DNA of 64,000 nucleotides from Dehalococcoidia bacterium (lineage in GTDB: Bacteria; Chloroflexota; Dehalococcoidia; DSTF01; JACRBR01): positions 1,833 to 65,832 of the forward strand of contig DASQHL010000144.1 of the NCBI GenBank assembly GCA_035632115.1, written 5' to 3'. Positions within the stretch are counted from its first letter, which is position 1. Every line of letters begins with the position of its first letter. This document shows positions 38,227 to 47,904 of the stretch, in pieces. Made by a program: the position numbers and the translations under genes. The notes under the pieces were generated by a model. The model ran no database searches and was not told the origin of the DNA. It saw only the letters and a list, made by a program, of their open reading frames with translations.

Positions 38227-38810
38227 CCGCCGAGCGTCTCCAGCGGCCGCGCGCCTAGCTCCGTCACGTCGAGCGCCAGGCCGGCGGTGAGGCTGTAGAC
38301 GCGGCCGGCGCGTCGTGCGAACGCGCGGTTGACGCCGCCGAGCGCGTCCTGGAAGAGGCGCCCCAGCGGCGTCGCCGGGACGACGCCCAGCCCCACCTCG
38401 TTCGTCACCGCGATCACGTCGCCGTCGTGCGCGGCAGCGCGGTCCGCCAGTGCCGCACCGCGCCGCACGATGCCGGCGACGGCGGCCGCGCCACGGTCAG
38501 CCGGGACGTCCGTTCCTTCGCCGGCGGCGGCGAGCAGCAGGTTGCTCGTCCAGAGCGTCAGGCAGTCGATCACGACGCACGTGCCGGCCGCGGCGTGCGC
38601 TTCGATCGCGGCGCCGGGGTCGTCGGGCGCCTCGATCGTGGTCCAGGACGCGGGGCGGGCGGCGCGGTGGGCGGCCACGCGCCGTCGCGTCTCGTCGTCG
38701 CCGGGGAGCATGGTGGCGATGAACAGCACGCCGGACGGCGCGCCCGCGGCGAGGCGCTGGGCGAGGTCGCTCTTGCCGCTCCGCGCGCCGCCGATGATCA
38801 GCGTCAGCAT
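38223..38810 (-). CDS. cobU: Adenosylcobinamide kinase / adenosylcobinamide-phosphate guanylyltransferase
   Basis: MLTLIIGGARSGKS P-loop and CobU/CobP family length. Confidence 0.85.
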   Translation of the reverse strand: MLTLIIGGARSGKSDLAQRLAAGAPSGVLFIATMLPGDDETRRRVAAHRAARPASWTTIEAPDDPGAAIEAHAAAGTCVVIDCLTLWTSNLLLAAAGEGTDVPADRGAAAVAGIVRRGAALADRAAAHDGDVIAVTNEVGLGVVPATPLGRLFQDALGGVNRAFARRAGRVYSLTAGLALDVTELGARPLETLGG

Positions 38811-38835
38811 GGCGGCAGTGTACGGCGTCGCCGCG

Positions 38836-39603
38836 TCAGCGCAGCAGCCACGCGCCGATCCAGCCGCGGTTGGCGAGCGCCGCGATGCACAGCAGCAGCA
38901 GCGCCTCGCTGATCTCGATCGTCGCCCCGTACAGGTCGCCCGTCATGCCGCCGACGGCGCGCTTCGCGACGACGCCCGCGGCGAGCGCGCAGCCCGCCGC
39001 GAACGCCAGCGCCAGCACGCCGCCCACGCCGAGCAGCGCGACGGACGCGGCGAGCGCCGTCGCTGTGCCGGCGATCGTCGCCACGGGCCACGCCCTCTCG
39101 TGGAAGGCGGCGCCCATGCCGTCCGGACGGGCGTACGGGAAGGCCGCCGACGTGACCAGCATCGACCAGCGGGCGAGGCACGGGACCAGCAGCAGCGCCT
39201 CGAAGCGCACGCCGGGCGGGAGCGCCGCCAGTCCGGCCCACTTCATCGCGACGACAGCGGCGATGGCGACCACGGCGTAGGTGCCGGCGTGCACGTCGCG
39301 CATGATCTCCAGGCGGCGCTGGCGGTCGCCGCCGCCGAGCAGGCCGTCGGCGGCGTCAGCGAGGCCGTCGAGGTGCAGCGCGCCGGTGAGGACTGCGAGC
39401 AGCACGACCAGCAGCACATCGACGCTGGCCTCCGGCAAGGCGCGCTGTGCCAGCCGGTCGAAGCCGAGCAGCGCCGCGCCGAGGAGCAATCCCACCAGCG
39501 GGAACCACGCCTGCGACGCGGCCACGCGGCGCATGTCGGCGGCCTGCGTCCGCCGCAAGCGCACGCACGTCAGGAACTCGATCGCGTCGAGGAAGGAGGT
39601 CAC
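38836..39603 (-). CDS. cobS: Adenosylcobinamide-GDP ribazoletransferase (cobalamin synthase)
   Basis: Polytopic membrane protein with CobS motifs (LHLDGLADAADG). Confidence 0.85.
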   Translation of the reverse strand: MTSFLDAIEFLTCVRLRRTQAADMRRVAASQAWFPLVGLLLGAALLGFDRLAQRALPEASVDVLLVVLLAVLTGALHLDGLADAADGLLGGGDRQRRLEIMRDVHAGTYAVVAIAAVVAMKWAGLAALPPGVRFEALLLVPCLARWSMLVTSAAFPYARPDGMGAAFHERAWPVATIAGTATALAASVALLGVGGVLALAFAAGCALAAGVVAKRAVGGMTGDLYGATIEISEALLLLCIAALANRGWIGAWLLR

Positions 39604-40685
39604 GCCTCCGGCTGCGTCTCGTGGTCGCCGTGGCTGACGCCGGCGGAGTCGAAGGTCGCCATCTCGCGCGGGATGCGCAGCGCCGCATCCAGCAGCGTCA
39701 TCGCCAGCGCGGCGCCCGTGCCCTCGCCGAGCCGCATCTCCAGGTCGAGCAGCGGCCGCAGGCCGAGGTGCTGCAGCGCGACGCGATGGCCCGGCTCCGC
39801 CGACTGGTGCGAGGTGAGCATGTAGTCGACGGACGGGGGCGCGACGCCGGCCGCGACGAGCGCGGCGGCGGTCGTCGGGTAGCCGTCGAGCACGAGGATC
39901 GCGCCGGATGCGGCCGCGCCTATCGCGACGCCGGCGAGGAAGGCGATCTCGAAGCCGCCGACCTTCGCCAGCACGTCGATGGCGTCGGCGGCGTCTGGCG
40001 CGTTGATGGCAATCGCGCGCTCGACGGCGGCGAGCTTGCGCGCGTAGGCCGCGTCATCGACGCCGGTGCCGCGGCCGGTGGTTACGCGCGGCGGCGCGCC
40101 CGCCAGCACCGCGGTGACGGCGGCCGCCGCCGTCGTGTTGCCGATGCCCATGTCGCCGAGCGCGATGGCGCCGAAGCCTTCCGCCGCGGCGGCGCGGGCG
40201 AACTCGACACCCCGCGCGACGAGCGTCGCCGCCTCGTCGCGCGACATCGCCGGGCCGCGCGTCATGCTGTCGGTGCCGCCGCGCGTCCTGGCGACGTGCA
40301 GGCGCGCGTCGGTCAGCTTGCCGCGGACGCCCGCATCGACGACGCGCACCAGCGCGCCGGCGTGCGACGCCAGGACGTTGACGGCGGCGCCGCCGGCGAG
40401 GAAGTTGGCCACCATCTGCGCGGTGACGTCCTGCGGGTAGGCGCTGACTCCCTCGATCGCGACGCCGTGGTCGGCGGCGGCGACGGCGATCAGCTTGCGC
40501 GGGGGCGCGGGCGTCGCGTCCCGGAGCACTCCGGCCGCCCAGACATGGAGGTCTTCGAGGCGGGCGAGGGCGCCGGCTGGCTTCGTGAGGCGGAGCTGGA
40601 GCGCGCGGGCGGCGTCGCGCGCGGCGGCGTCGGGCGGGCGGATGGCGGCGGCGGCGGCGTCAATGGTGCGGCGGTGCTCGTCCAT
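39600..40685 (-). CDS. cobT: Nicotinate-nucleotide--dimethylbenzimidazole phosphoribosyltransferase
   Basis: CobT family: GDMGIGNTTAAAA and the C-terminal EGTGAALA region. Confidence 0.85.
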   Translation of the reverse strand: MDEHRRTIDAAAAAIRPPDAAARDAARALQLRLTKPAGALARLEDLHVWAAGVLRDATPAPPRKLIAVAAADHGVAIEGVSAYPQDVTAQMVANFLAGGAAVNVLASHAGALVRVVDAGVRGKLTDARLHVARTRGGTDSMTRGPAMSRDEAATLVARGVEFARAAAAEGFGAIALGDMGIGNTTAAAAVTAVLAGAPPRVTTGRGTGVDDAAYARKLAAVERAIAINAPDAADAIDVLAKVGGFEIAFLAGVAIGAAASGAILVLDGYPTTAAALVAAGVAPPSVDYMLTSHQSAEPGHRVALQHLGLRPLLDLEMRLGEGTGAALAMTLLDAALRIPREMATFDSAGVSHGDHETQPEA

Positions 40686-41227
40686 CAGAACTCGATCCCG
40701 GGCTGGGCCTTCAGCCCCTGCTGGAAGGGGTGCTTGACTTCGCGCATCTCCGTCACCAGATCCGCGTAGTCGATGAGCTCCTGCGGCGCGTCGCGGCCGG
40801 TGATGATGACGTGCGTGCGCGCGGGGCGCGTCTTGAGGAACGCCACGACCTCATCCGTCGGCAGCCAGCCGTAGGCCAGCGGATACGTGAATTCGTCCAG
40901 CGCCACGACGTCGTACTCGCCGGAGGCGATGCGCTGCTTGCACTGCTCCCAGAGGTCGCGCGCGAGCGCCTTGTCCTTCTCGATGTCCTTCGAGAGCCAT
41001 GTGAAGCCGCCGCCCAGCGAGACGATCTCCATGCCGATCTTCTTCGCGGCGCGGTTCTCGCCGTAGTTGGACGTGGTGGACTTGATGAACTGGAGCATGC
41101 AGACGTTGTAGCCGCGGCCCCAGGCGCGGAAGAGCACGCCGAGCGCGGCGGTGGTCTTGCCCTTGCCGTTGCCGGTGTTGACGACGACGAGCGCCTTCCG
41201 GGGGTCCCTGGCTTCGGCTTCGGTCAT
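40685..41227 (-). CDS. cobO: Cob(I)yrinic acid a,c-diamide / cob(I)alamin adenosyltransferase (CobO/BtuR type)
   Basis: VVNTGNGKGKTTAALG P-loop. RBS GGGGAGGAG. Confidence 0.8.
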   Translation of the reverse strand: MTEAEARDPRKALVVVNTGNGKGKTTAALGVLFRAWGRGYNVCMLQFIKSTTSNYGENRAAKKIGMEIVSLGGGFTWLSKDIEKDKALARDLWEQCKQRIASGEYDVVALDEFTYPLAYGWLPTDEVVAFLKTRPARTHVIITGRDAPQELIDYADLVTEMREVKHPFQQGLKAQPGIEF

Positions 41228-41289
41228 CGGCTCCTCCCCTCGTTTCGCAAGACAGGGGCCGAGCGCGCTCGCCGTGCCCTGTCCTCGAG

Positions 41290-41450
41290 GGTCCGTGACA
41301 TGATGAGGGCGGTCGACCTGGCTCCCCTCGCGCGTCGCGAGGGATACAGTTGCGGGACAGCGCCGGCTTCGCACCGGCTTCGCCGCGGCCTCATGGTCGT
41401 ATGCGGTTGTGGGTGGAGGATATGGTGGGGGTGCCGCGCCGGTCAAGCTT
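41290..41450 (-). ncRNA. Cobalamin (B12) riboswitch in the leader of the cobO operon
   Basis: Minus-strand RNA contains GAAGCCGGTGCGAAGCCGGCGCTGTCCCGCAACTGT (the GGTGnnAAnCC + GCnGnCCCGCnACTGT core). A hairpin CCCTCGCGACGCGCGAGGG and GAGCCAGGTCGACCGCC (the CCAGG...ACC.GCC 3' element) follow. Boundaries are approximate. Confidence 0.5.
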
Positions 41451-41612
41451 CCTGGCGGCGTGGGCGGGCATCGGGGCCGCCAGGGACGATTCGGCCGGCG
41501 CGTGTCGATCCGGGCGCCGCCCGTTCGACGCATTCACGGGGCGCCGCCTGCCCGCGAGGCATCCAGCACCCCCGAGCGAAGGACACACCGGTATCGAGCA
41601 GAGGGAGTGACG

Positions 41613-41981
41613 ATGAAGTACCTGAGTTTCATCCGCAGTTCGGAGAAGTACCGCGAGTCCCAACCTCCCGCCGGCCTGGCGGAGGCTATGGGTAAGCTCA
41701 TCGACAAGTGCACCAGCGAGGGCGCCCTCGTCGACACGGGCGGCGTGGCGCCGAGCAAGGACGGCTTCCGGATGCGCCTGGCGAACGGGAAGCTCACGAC
41801 GACCGACGGCCCCTTTACCGAGAGCAAGGAAGTGATTGGCGGTTGGGCGATCCTCAAGGCGGACTCGAGGGCTGAGATCCTCCGGCTCACGACCGAGTTC
41901 ATGGATCTGCACCGCGAGCACTGGCCCGAGTTCGAGTGCGAATGCGAGGTGCGGCCCAGCGAGTTCCAGGCGCAGGAGTAG
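41613..41981 (+). CDS. YciI/DGPF-family protein
   Basis: RBS GAGGGAG. TDGPFTESKE motif. Confidence 0.7.
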   Translation: MKYLSFIRSSEKYRESQPPAGLAEAMGKLIDKCTSEGALVDTGGVAPSKDGFRMRLANGKLTTTDGPFTESKEVIGGWAILKADSRAEILRLTTEFMDLHREHWPEFECECEVRPSEFQAQE

Positions 41982-42016
41982 CGACGGCGGTCAACGAAGG
42001 AGAAAGGAGCAGAGCG

Positions 42017-42451
42017 ATGCGGGTCATGGTCATAGTGAAGGCGACAAAGAACTCCGAGGCTGGCGTGATGCCGGGCGAGAAGCTCCTCGGCGACATGGGC
42101 AAGTACAACGAGGAGCTGGTGAAGGCGGGCGTGATGCTCGCCGGCGAAGGGCTGCACCCGAGCTCAAAGGGCAAGCGCATGCTCTTCTCCGGCGGCAAGA
42201 AGACGGTCGTCGACGGGCCGTTCACCGAGACGAAGGAGCTGGTCGCAGGCTTCTGGCTCTGGCAGGTGAAGTCGATGGACGAGGCGCTCGAGTGGGCGCG
42301 CCGCTGCCCGGATCCGATGCCCGGCGAGCAGGCGATCCTCGAGATCCGCCCGATCTTCGAGGCGGACGACTTCGGCGACGAGTTCACGCCCGAGCTTCGC
42401 GCGCAGGAAGACCGCTTGCGTGCGCAGATCGAAGGCGGGCGCGACAAGTAA
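42017..42451 (+). CDS. YciI/DGPF-family protein (second paralogue)
   Basis: RBS AAGGAG. VDGPFTETKE motif. Confidence 0.7.
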   Translation: MRVMVIVKATKNSEAGVMPGEKLLGDMGKYNEELVKAGVMLAGEGLHPSSKGKRMLFSGGKKTVVDGPFTETKELVAGFWLWQVKSMDEALEWARRCPDPMPGEQAILEIRPIFEADDFGDEFTPELRAQEDRLRAQIEGGRDK

Positions 42452-42474
42452 CCGAAGGCGGCGAGGACGACGAA

Positions 42475-43878
42475 TTGACGGACACACATCGCGCCATTGA
42501 GGCGGTCTGGAAGATCGAATCGCCGAGGCTCATCGGCGGCCTGATGCGTATGGTGCGCGATGTCGGCATCGCCGAAGACCTGGCGCAGGACGCGCTGGTC
42601 GCCGCGCTGGAGCAATGGCCGGAGTCGGGCGTGCCGGACCAGCCGGGCGCATGGCTCATGGCCGTGGCGAAGCGGCGCGCGATAGACCACTTTCGCCGCA
42701 ACGAACGGCTGCGGCGGAAGCAGGAGGAGATCGGCCGGACGCTGGAGTCGCGCCAGGAGCGAGGCGACGCGGTGGTGGATGCCTTGGACGACCCGGTGGG
42801 AGACGACGTGCTGCGTCTCGTGTTCACCTGCTGTCACCCCGTGCTGTCGATGGAGGCGCGGGTTGCGCTGACGCTGCGGCTGCTGGGCGGCCTCACGACG
42901 GAGGAGATCGCGCGCGCGTTCCTGGTGCCGGCGCCGACCATCGCCCAGCGCATCGTGCGGGCGAAGCGGACGCTGGCTGAGGCGCGCGTGCCGTTCGAGG
43001 TGCCGCGCGACGCAGATCTGACCGCGCGGCTGCCGGCCGTACTGCAGGTCATCTACCTCATCTTCAACGAGGGCTACTCGGCCACCGCCGGCGACGACTG
43101 GATGCGGCCGGCCCTCTGCGAGGAGGCGCTGCGGCTCGGCCGCATCCTCGCGCAGCGGGCGCCCGGCGAGTCGGAGGCGTACGGGCTCGTCGCCCTGATG
43201 GAGATCCAGGCGTCGCGACTCCGCGCCCGCACCGGCCCGTCCGGCGAGCCCGTGCTCCTGCTCGACCAGGACCGCTCGCGCTGGGATCATCTGCTGATCC
43301 GCCGCGGCACCGCCGCACTCCGCCGTGCCGAGCGCTCCGCGCCGGCCGGCGGCCTTGGCCCGTACGCGCTGCAGGCCGCGATCGCCGCCTGCCACGCGCG
43401 CGCTCGCACGCCCGAAGCGACCGACTGGCCGCGGATCGTCGCGCTGTACGACGCGCTGGCGGAGCTGGCGCCCTCGCCCGTGGTGGAGTTGAACCGTGCG
43501 GTGGCCGTCGGCATGGCGTTCGGGCCGGCCGCCGGGTTGGAGGCGGTCGAGGCCCTCGCCGGCGAGCCCTCGCTCCAGCGCTACCCCGCGCTCCCCGCGG
43601 TCCGCGCCGACCTGCTGTTCAAGCTCGGCCGCCTCGGCGTGCACGCCCGGAGTTCGCCCGTGCCGCCGCGCTCACACACAACGCGCGCGAGCGCGCGCTC
43701 CTGCTGGAGCGCGCCGCCGCGTGCGGAGCAGGCCGCGCGTTGCCGGGCGCGGGGTGATGCGGGGCGCCCGGCCGACGCCCGGTGCCCTGCGCCTCCCGGG
43801 CTCCCGCCCCAGGCCGATTGTGAATTGACCTACAAGTGGGGCGCTGTTACGATCCCGCGTAAAGCTGGGTGCGGCTGA
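42475..43878 (+). CDS. ECF-type sigma-70 factor with long C-terminal domain. A -1 frameshift near 43640 probably displaces the true stop to about 43757
   Basis: TTG start. Sigma regions 2 and 4 (DLAQDALVAALEQW...TTEEIARAFLVPAPTIAQRIVRAKRTL). After ADLLFKLGRLG the annotated frame becomes Arg/Pro junk. The -1 frame reads ARPEFARAAALTHNARERALLLERAAACGAGRALPGAG*. Confidence 0.7.
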   Translation: MTDTHRAIEAVWKIESPRLIGGLMRMVRDVGIAEDLAQDALVAALEQWPESGVPDQPGAWLMAVAKRRAIDHFRRNERLRRKQEEIGRTLESRQERGDAVVDALDDPVGDDVLRLVFTCCHPVLSMEARVALTLRLLGGLTTEEIARAFLVPAPTIAQRIVRAKRTLAEARVPFEVPRDADLTARLPAVLQVIYLIFNEGYSATAGDDWMRPALCEEALRLGRILAQRAPGESEAYGLVALMEIQASRLRARTGPSGEPVLLLDQDRSRWDHLLIRRGTAALRRAERSAPAGGLGPYALQAAIAACHARARTPEATDWPRIVALYDALAELAPSPVVELNRAVAVGMAFGPAAGLEAVEALAGEPSLQRYPALPAVRADLLFKLGRLGVHARSSPVPPRSHTTRASARSCWSAPPRAEQAARCRARGDAGRPADARCPAPPGLPPQADCELTYKWGAVTIPRKAGCG

Positions 43879-43938
43879 TCGCGCGGGTGGCGACGCCCGC
43901 GTGCGCCGGGACACGCCGTCCGGGCCGGAGAGGATCGC

Positions 43939-44313
43939 TTGCCGTTCCAAACGCTGCTCGATAACTATCTCGCCGTCTTCCTGGCGGCGATCGTCGGGTT
44001 CATCCTCGTCGCGACGGCGTTGATCGCGGCGCGCGTCCTCGCCCCGTACTCCAAGGAAAAGGGGAAGTCGATCTCCTACGAGTGCGGCATGCTGCCGATC
44101 GGGCAGACGCGGTCGCAGTTCCACGTCCGCTTCTACCTCTTCGCCATCCTCTTCCTTATCTTTGACGTTGAGGCCGTCTTCCTCTTCCCCTGGGCCGTCG
44201 TCTTCTCGGCCGCGGGCAAGACGGCGTTCTGGGAGATGGTGATCTTCATCGGCATCCTCGCGGCCGGACTCGGTTACGCGTGGAAGAAGGGGGTCCTGCA
44301 ATGGCAGAAGTAG
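43939..44313 (+). CDS. nuoA: NADH-quinone oxidoreductase subunit A
   Basis: Three TM helices and the NuoA/ND3 signature ECGM...FDVE. TTG start. Confidence 0.85.
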   Translation: MPFQTLLDNYLAVFLAAIVGFILVATALIAARVLAPYSKEKGKSISYECGMLPIGQTRSQFHVRFYLFAILFLIFDVEAVFLFPWAVVFSAAGKTAFWEMVIFIGILAAGLGYAWKKGVLQWQK

Positions 44314-44918
44314 CCGCGCAGAAGGCAGCGCCGGCCACGGTGCCGGAGAAGCAGGTCGAAGGCGCGCCCGTCGTCGCGCCGCAACGCGAAAAGACCGGCG
44401 TTGAGCGCGAGCTCGAGCGCCTGACGCCCGTGCCCTACGAGCCGGGCACCGCCCTCTACCGCCAGATCCTCCCCGGCATCCTGCAAGTGCCGGCCGACGC
44501 GCTGCTCGCCATGTCGCGCAAGTCGTCGCTGTGGCCGATGACTTTTGGCCTCGCCTGTTGCGCGATCGAGATGATCGCGACGTACATGTCGCACCACGAC
44601 CTCGACCGCTTCGGCATCGTGCCATGGCCCTCGCCGCGGCAGTCGGACGTCATGATCGTCTCCGGCACCGTGACGAAGAAGATGGCGCCGGCGGTGAAGC
44701 TGCTGTACGAGCAGATGCCAAACCCGAAGTGGGTGATCGCGATGGGCGCCTGCGCCACGAACGGCGGCCCGTACACGCGCTACGACCGCGTGCTGCAGGG
44801 CGTCGACAAGATCGTTCCGGTGGACGTGTACGTGCCGGGCTGCCCGCCGCGCCCCGAGGCGCTGATGGACGGGCTGGTGGCGCTCCAGCACAAGATCATG
44901 GAGGAGCGCAACAAGTAG
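44301..44918 (+). CDS. nuoB: NADH-quinone oxidoreductase subunit B (about 40-aa N-terminal extension)
   Basis: GLACCAIEM...[10 protein letters not shown]...VPGCPPRPE Fe-S motifs. RBS AAGGGGG. Overlaps the nuoA end. Confidence 0.85.
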   Translation: MAEVAAQKAAPATVPEKQVEGAPVVAPQREKTGVERELERLTPVPYEPGTALYRQILPGILQVPADALLAMSRKSSLWPMTFGLACCAIEMIATYMSHHDLDRFGIVPWPSPRQSDVMIVSGTVTKKMAPAVKLLYEQMPNPKWVIAMGACATNGGPYTRYDRVLQGVDKIVPVDVYVPGCPPRPEALMDGLVALQHKIMEERNK

Positions 44919-45629
44919 ATGACGCTTCCGGACGGGCAGGGAGAGGAAGCACAGGGAGACGCCGCCGGCTCGTCGCCGGAGACCCCGCCGCCGGCCGAGG
45001 CTGCGGCGGCCCCGCCCGCGCCCGACGCGAAGCCAGCTCCCAAGCCCGCCGCCGAGCGCCCGGCCCGGCCCGCCCGCGAGGCGGAGCCGAAGGAGGCGCC
45101 GCGCGTGGCGCCGCCCGCCGGCAGCATCAACGAAACCCTTGCCGCCGCCGCGCCGGCCGCGACGCTGACCGCGTACATCGTGCCGTCGCTGCAGGGCGAC
45201 GCGGTCGCCGTGGAGGTCGGCCGCGACGACCTCGTCGCGGTGATGACCGCCGCCCGGGAGGACGATCGCCTGCAGCTCGACTACCTGCGCTGCCTCTCCG
45301 GCGTCGACTGGCAGGACGAGGGGCTGGAGGTGGTCTACCACCTCTGGTCGATGACGAAGCGCCACGGGCTCACGGTGAAAACGCGCGTGACGTACGACGA
45401 CCCGGTCGTGCCGAGCGTCGCGGCGCTCTACCCCGGGGCCGACTGGCACGAGCGCGAGACGCGGGATATGTTCGGCATCGTGTTCGACGGCCACCCGAAC
45501 CTCGTGCCGCTGCTGCTGCCGGACGACATGACCGACCACTTCCCGCTCCGCAAGGACAACCCCCTGCAGGAGATCGAGGAGTGGCAGGGCGAGAACCTGC
45601 GCGAGGGCGCGGGCGAGGACGGGGAGTAG
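44919..45629 (+). CDS. nuoC: NADH-quinone oxidoreductase subunit C (about 90-aa Pro/Ala-rich N-terminal extension)
   Basis: The C-terminal ~150 aa match NuoC/30 kDa (WHERETRDMFGIVFDGHP). The N-terminus is low-complexity PAPEAAAAPPAPDAKPAPKP. Confidence 0.85.
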   Translation: MTLPDGQGEEAQGDAAGSSPETPPPAEAAAAPPAPDAKPAPKPAAERPARPAREAEPKEAPRVAPPAGSINETLAAAAPAATLTAYIVPSLQGDAVAVEVGRDDLVAVMTAAREDDRLQLDYLRCLSGVDWQDEGLEVVYHLWSMTKRHGLTVKTRVTYDDPVVPSVAALYPGADWHERETRDMFGIVFDGHPNLVPLLLPDDMTDHFPLRKDNPLQEIEEWQGENLREGAGEDGE

Positions 45630-45631
45630 CC

Positions 45632-46759
45632 GTGGTCGCGGAACAGCAGCACGACTTCGAAGTCGTCGACATGCCCATCAACATGGGCCCGCAGCACCCC
45701 AGCACGCACGGCGTGTTCCGCATGGTGCTCGTGATCAACGGCGAGAAGGTCGTCGACGTCACGCCGCACATCGGCTACATGCACCGCGGCGGCGAGAAGC
45801 TGATGGAGGCGATGGACTTCCGCCAGGGCATTGGCTACGCCGACCGCACGGAGTACCTGGCGCAGTTCAGCGCCGAGCTGGGCTACTGCCTCGCCGTCGA
45901 AAAGCTGATGGGGATCGAAGTGCCGGAGCGGGCGGAGTACATCCGCGTCATCCTTACCGAGCTGAACCGCCTCAGCAGCCACTTCATGTTCATGGGCGCC
46001 TTCGGCATCGACTCGGGCCTCTTCGGCACGAGCTTCACGTACGCCTTCCGCGAGCGGGAGTACCTGCAGGACATCTTCGAGGAGGTGTCCGGCGACCGGC
46101 TGATGTACGCCTACTTCCGGGTCGGCGGTCTCGCCTGGGAGGTGACCGACAACTTCGTCGCGCGGGTGCACGAGGTGCTGAAGAAGACGCAGGCCGGGAT
46201 CAAGGACCTGGACGACCTGCTGACTACGAACGAGATCTTCATGGCGCGCTGCCAGAACGTCGGCGCGTTCACCGCCGACCGGGCGATCGCGTACGGGCTC
46301 AGTGGCCCCCTGCTGCGCGCGTCCGGCGTGAACTGGGACCTGCGCCGCGACGAGCCGTACTCGATCTACCCGCGCTTCAAGTTCCAGATCCCCGTGGGCA
46401 ACTACGGCGACGTCTACGACCGCTACCTGGTGCGCCTTGCCGAGATGCGCGAATCGGTGAGCATCGTCGAGCAGGCGCTGGAGCAGCTCCCCGCCGACGG
46501 CCCGATCGTGCCCGAGAAGATGCCGCGCCGGCTGCGGACGCCCCCGGGCGAGGTGTACGCGAAGGTGGAGTCGCCGCGCGGCGAGTGGGGCGTCTATCTC
46601 GTCTCGAAGGGCGGCGACAAGCCGTACCGGCTGAAGATGCGCTCGCCGTCGTTCTGCAACCTCTCGGCGCTGAGGGAGATGACGATCGGGCAGTTCCTGG
46701 CGGACGCGGTGATGATCCTCGGCTCGATGGACATCGTGCTCTGCGACGTGGACAGGTAG
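45632..46759 (+). CDS. nuoD: NADH-quinone oxidoreductase subunit D
   Basis: MPINMGPQHPSTHGV...IGYMHRG 49-kDa subunit motifs. GTG start. Confidence 0.85.
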   Translation: MVAEQQHDFEVVDMPINMGPQHPSTHGVFRMVLVINGEKVVDVTPHIGYMHRGGEKLMEAMDFRQGIGYADRTEYLAQFSAELGYCLAVEKLMGIEVPERAEYIRVILTELNRLSSHFMFMGAFGIDSGLFGTSFTYAFREREYLQDIFEEVSGDRLMYAYFRVGGLAWEVTDNFVARVHEVLKKTQAGIKDLDDLLTTNEIFMARCQNVGAFTADRAIAYGLSGPLLRASGVNWDLRRDEPYSIYPRFKFQIPVGNYGDVYDRYLVRLAEMRESVSIVEQALEQLPADGPIVPEKMPRRLRTPPGEVYAKVESPRGEWGVYLVSKGGDKPYRLKMRSPSFCNLSALREMTIGQFLADAVMILGSMDIVLCDVDR

Positions 46760-46767
46760 GGGGTGTG

Positions 46768-47904
46768 ATGCTGCTCGCCGCGCCCTCCTTCGGCATCAGC
46801 CAGCCCGCCGTGCGGGCGCTGCTCGCGCTGATCATCATCACGCTCGTGATGACTGTCGCCGTCGCGTACGCCACGTGGTACGAGCGCAAGGTCGTCGCGC
46901 GCATCCAGCAGCGGCTCGGGCCGACGCGCACCGGCCCCTTCGGCCTGCTGCAGCCCATCGCGGATATGGTGAAGCTGCTCGTCAAGGAAGACCTGCGCCC
47001 CGCCACCGCCGACCCCATCGCCTTCGAGCTGGCGGTGTTCGGCATCTTCGTGCCGGCCTTCCTCACCGTGGTCGCGGTGCCGTTCACGGCGGACTGGCTG
47101 GTCAGCTCGCTGCCGCTCAGCCTGCTCTACCTGCTGTCGGTGTCCGGCCTCTCCTTCATCGGCTTCCTCATGGCGGGCTGGGGCTCGGACAGCAAGTACG
47201 CGCTGCTGGGCGGCATGCGCGCCGCCGCGCAGCTCATCTCGTACGAGATCCCCCTGATCCTCGCGATGATCGGCGTCGTGATGGTGACGCACAGCGCGGA
47301 CGTCTACGCGATCATCCTCTGGCAGCACAAGGTGCCCCTGATCGTCTGGCAACCGCTGGGCTTCCTGATCTTCCTCACGGCGTCGATCGCCGAGCTGGAG
47401 CGGCAGCCCTTCGACATCCCGACGGGCGAGTCGGAGGTGGCCGGCGGCGTGTTCATCGAGTACAGCGGCATCCGCTGGTCGATGTTCCAGCTCACGTCGT
47501 ACGTGAACATGTACATCTTCAGCCTGCTGGGCGCGTTCGTCTTCCTGGGGGGCTGGGAGTGGCCGTTCGGCCGCGACGTCGGCTGGGGCTACCAGCTGCT
47601 GCTCACCGTCGTGAAGATGAGCCTGTTCATCGTGTTCTACCTGTGGGTGCGGGCGACGTTCCCGCGCCTGCGGGTCGACCAGCTGATGTCGTACGCGTGG
47701 AAGGTGCTGATCCCGTTCGCGCTGTTGCAGATCTTCCTGAACGGGCTGGTCATTGTCTATGATCTGCCGGACGTGGCGCTGCTGGTCACGTCCGGGCTGG
47801 GCGCAGCCGCGCTGGTGGTCCTGGTCTACCAGTCGGTGCGGGTGAAGCCGCGGAAGCCGCTGCGGATGTACAGCAATGCCGCCGAGGCGAGGAGCGTGGT
47901 CTGA
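46768..47904 (+). CDS. nuoH: NADH-quinone oxidoreductase subunit H
   Basis: ERKVVARIQQRLGPTRTGPFGLLQPIADMVKL ND1 signature. Eight TM helices. Confidence 0.85.
   Translation: MLLAAPSFGISQPAVRALLALIIITLVMTVAVAYATWYERKVVARIQQRLGPTRTGPFGLLQPIADMVKLLVKEDLRPATADPIAFELAVFGIFVPAFLTVVAVPFTADWLVSSLPLSLLYLLSVSGLSFIGFLMAGWGSDSKYALLGGMRAAAQLISYEIPLILAMIGVVMVTHSADVYAIILWQHKVPLIVWQPLGFLIFLTASIAELERQPFDIPTGESEVAGGVFIEYSGIRWSMFQLTSYVNMYIFSLLGAFVFLGGWEWPFGRDVGWGYQLLLTVVKMSLFIVFYLWVRATFPRLRVDQLMSYAWKVLIPFALLQIFLNGLVIVYDLPDVALLVTSGLGAAALVVLVYQSVRVKPRKPLRMYSNAAEARSVV

Noticed and set aside
38329-39825. 498-aa plus-strand ORF across cobU/cobS/cobT
   Set aside because: Antisense to three well-supported cobalamin genes. 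Junk composition.
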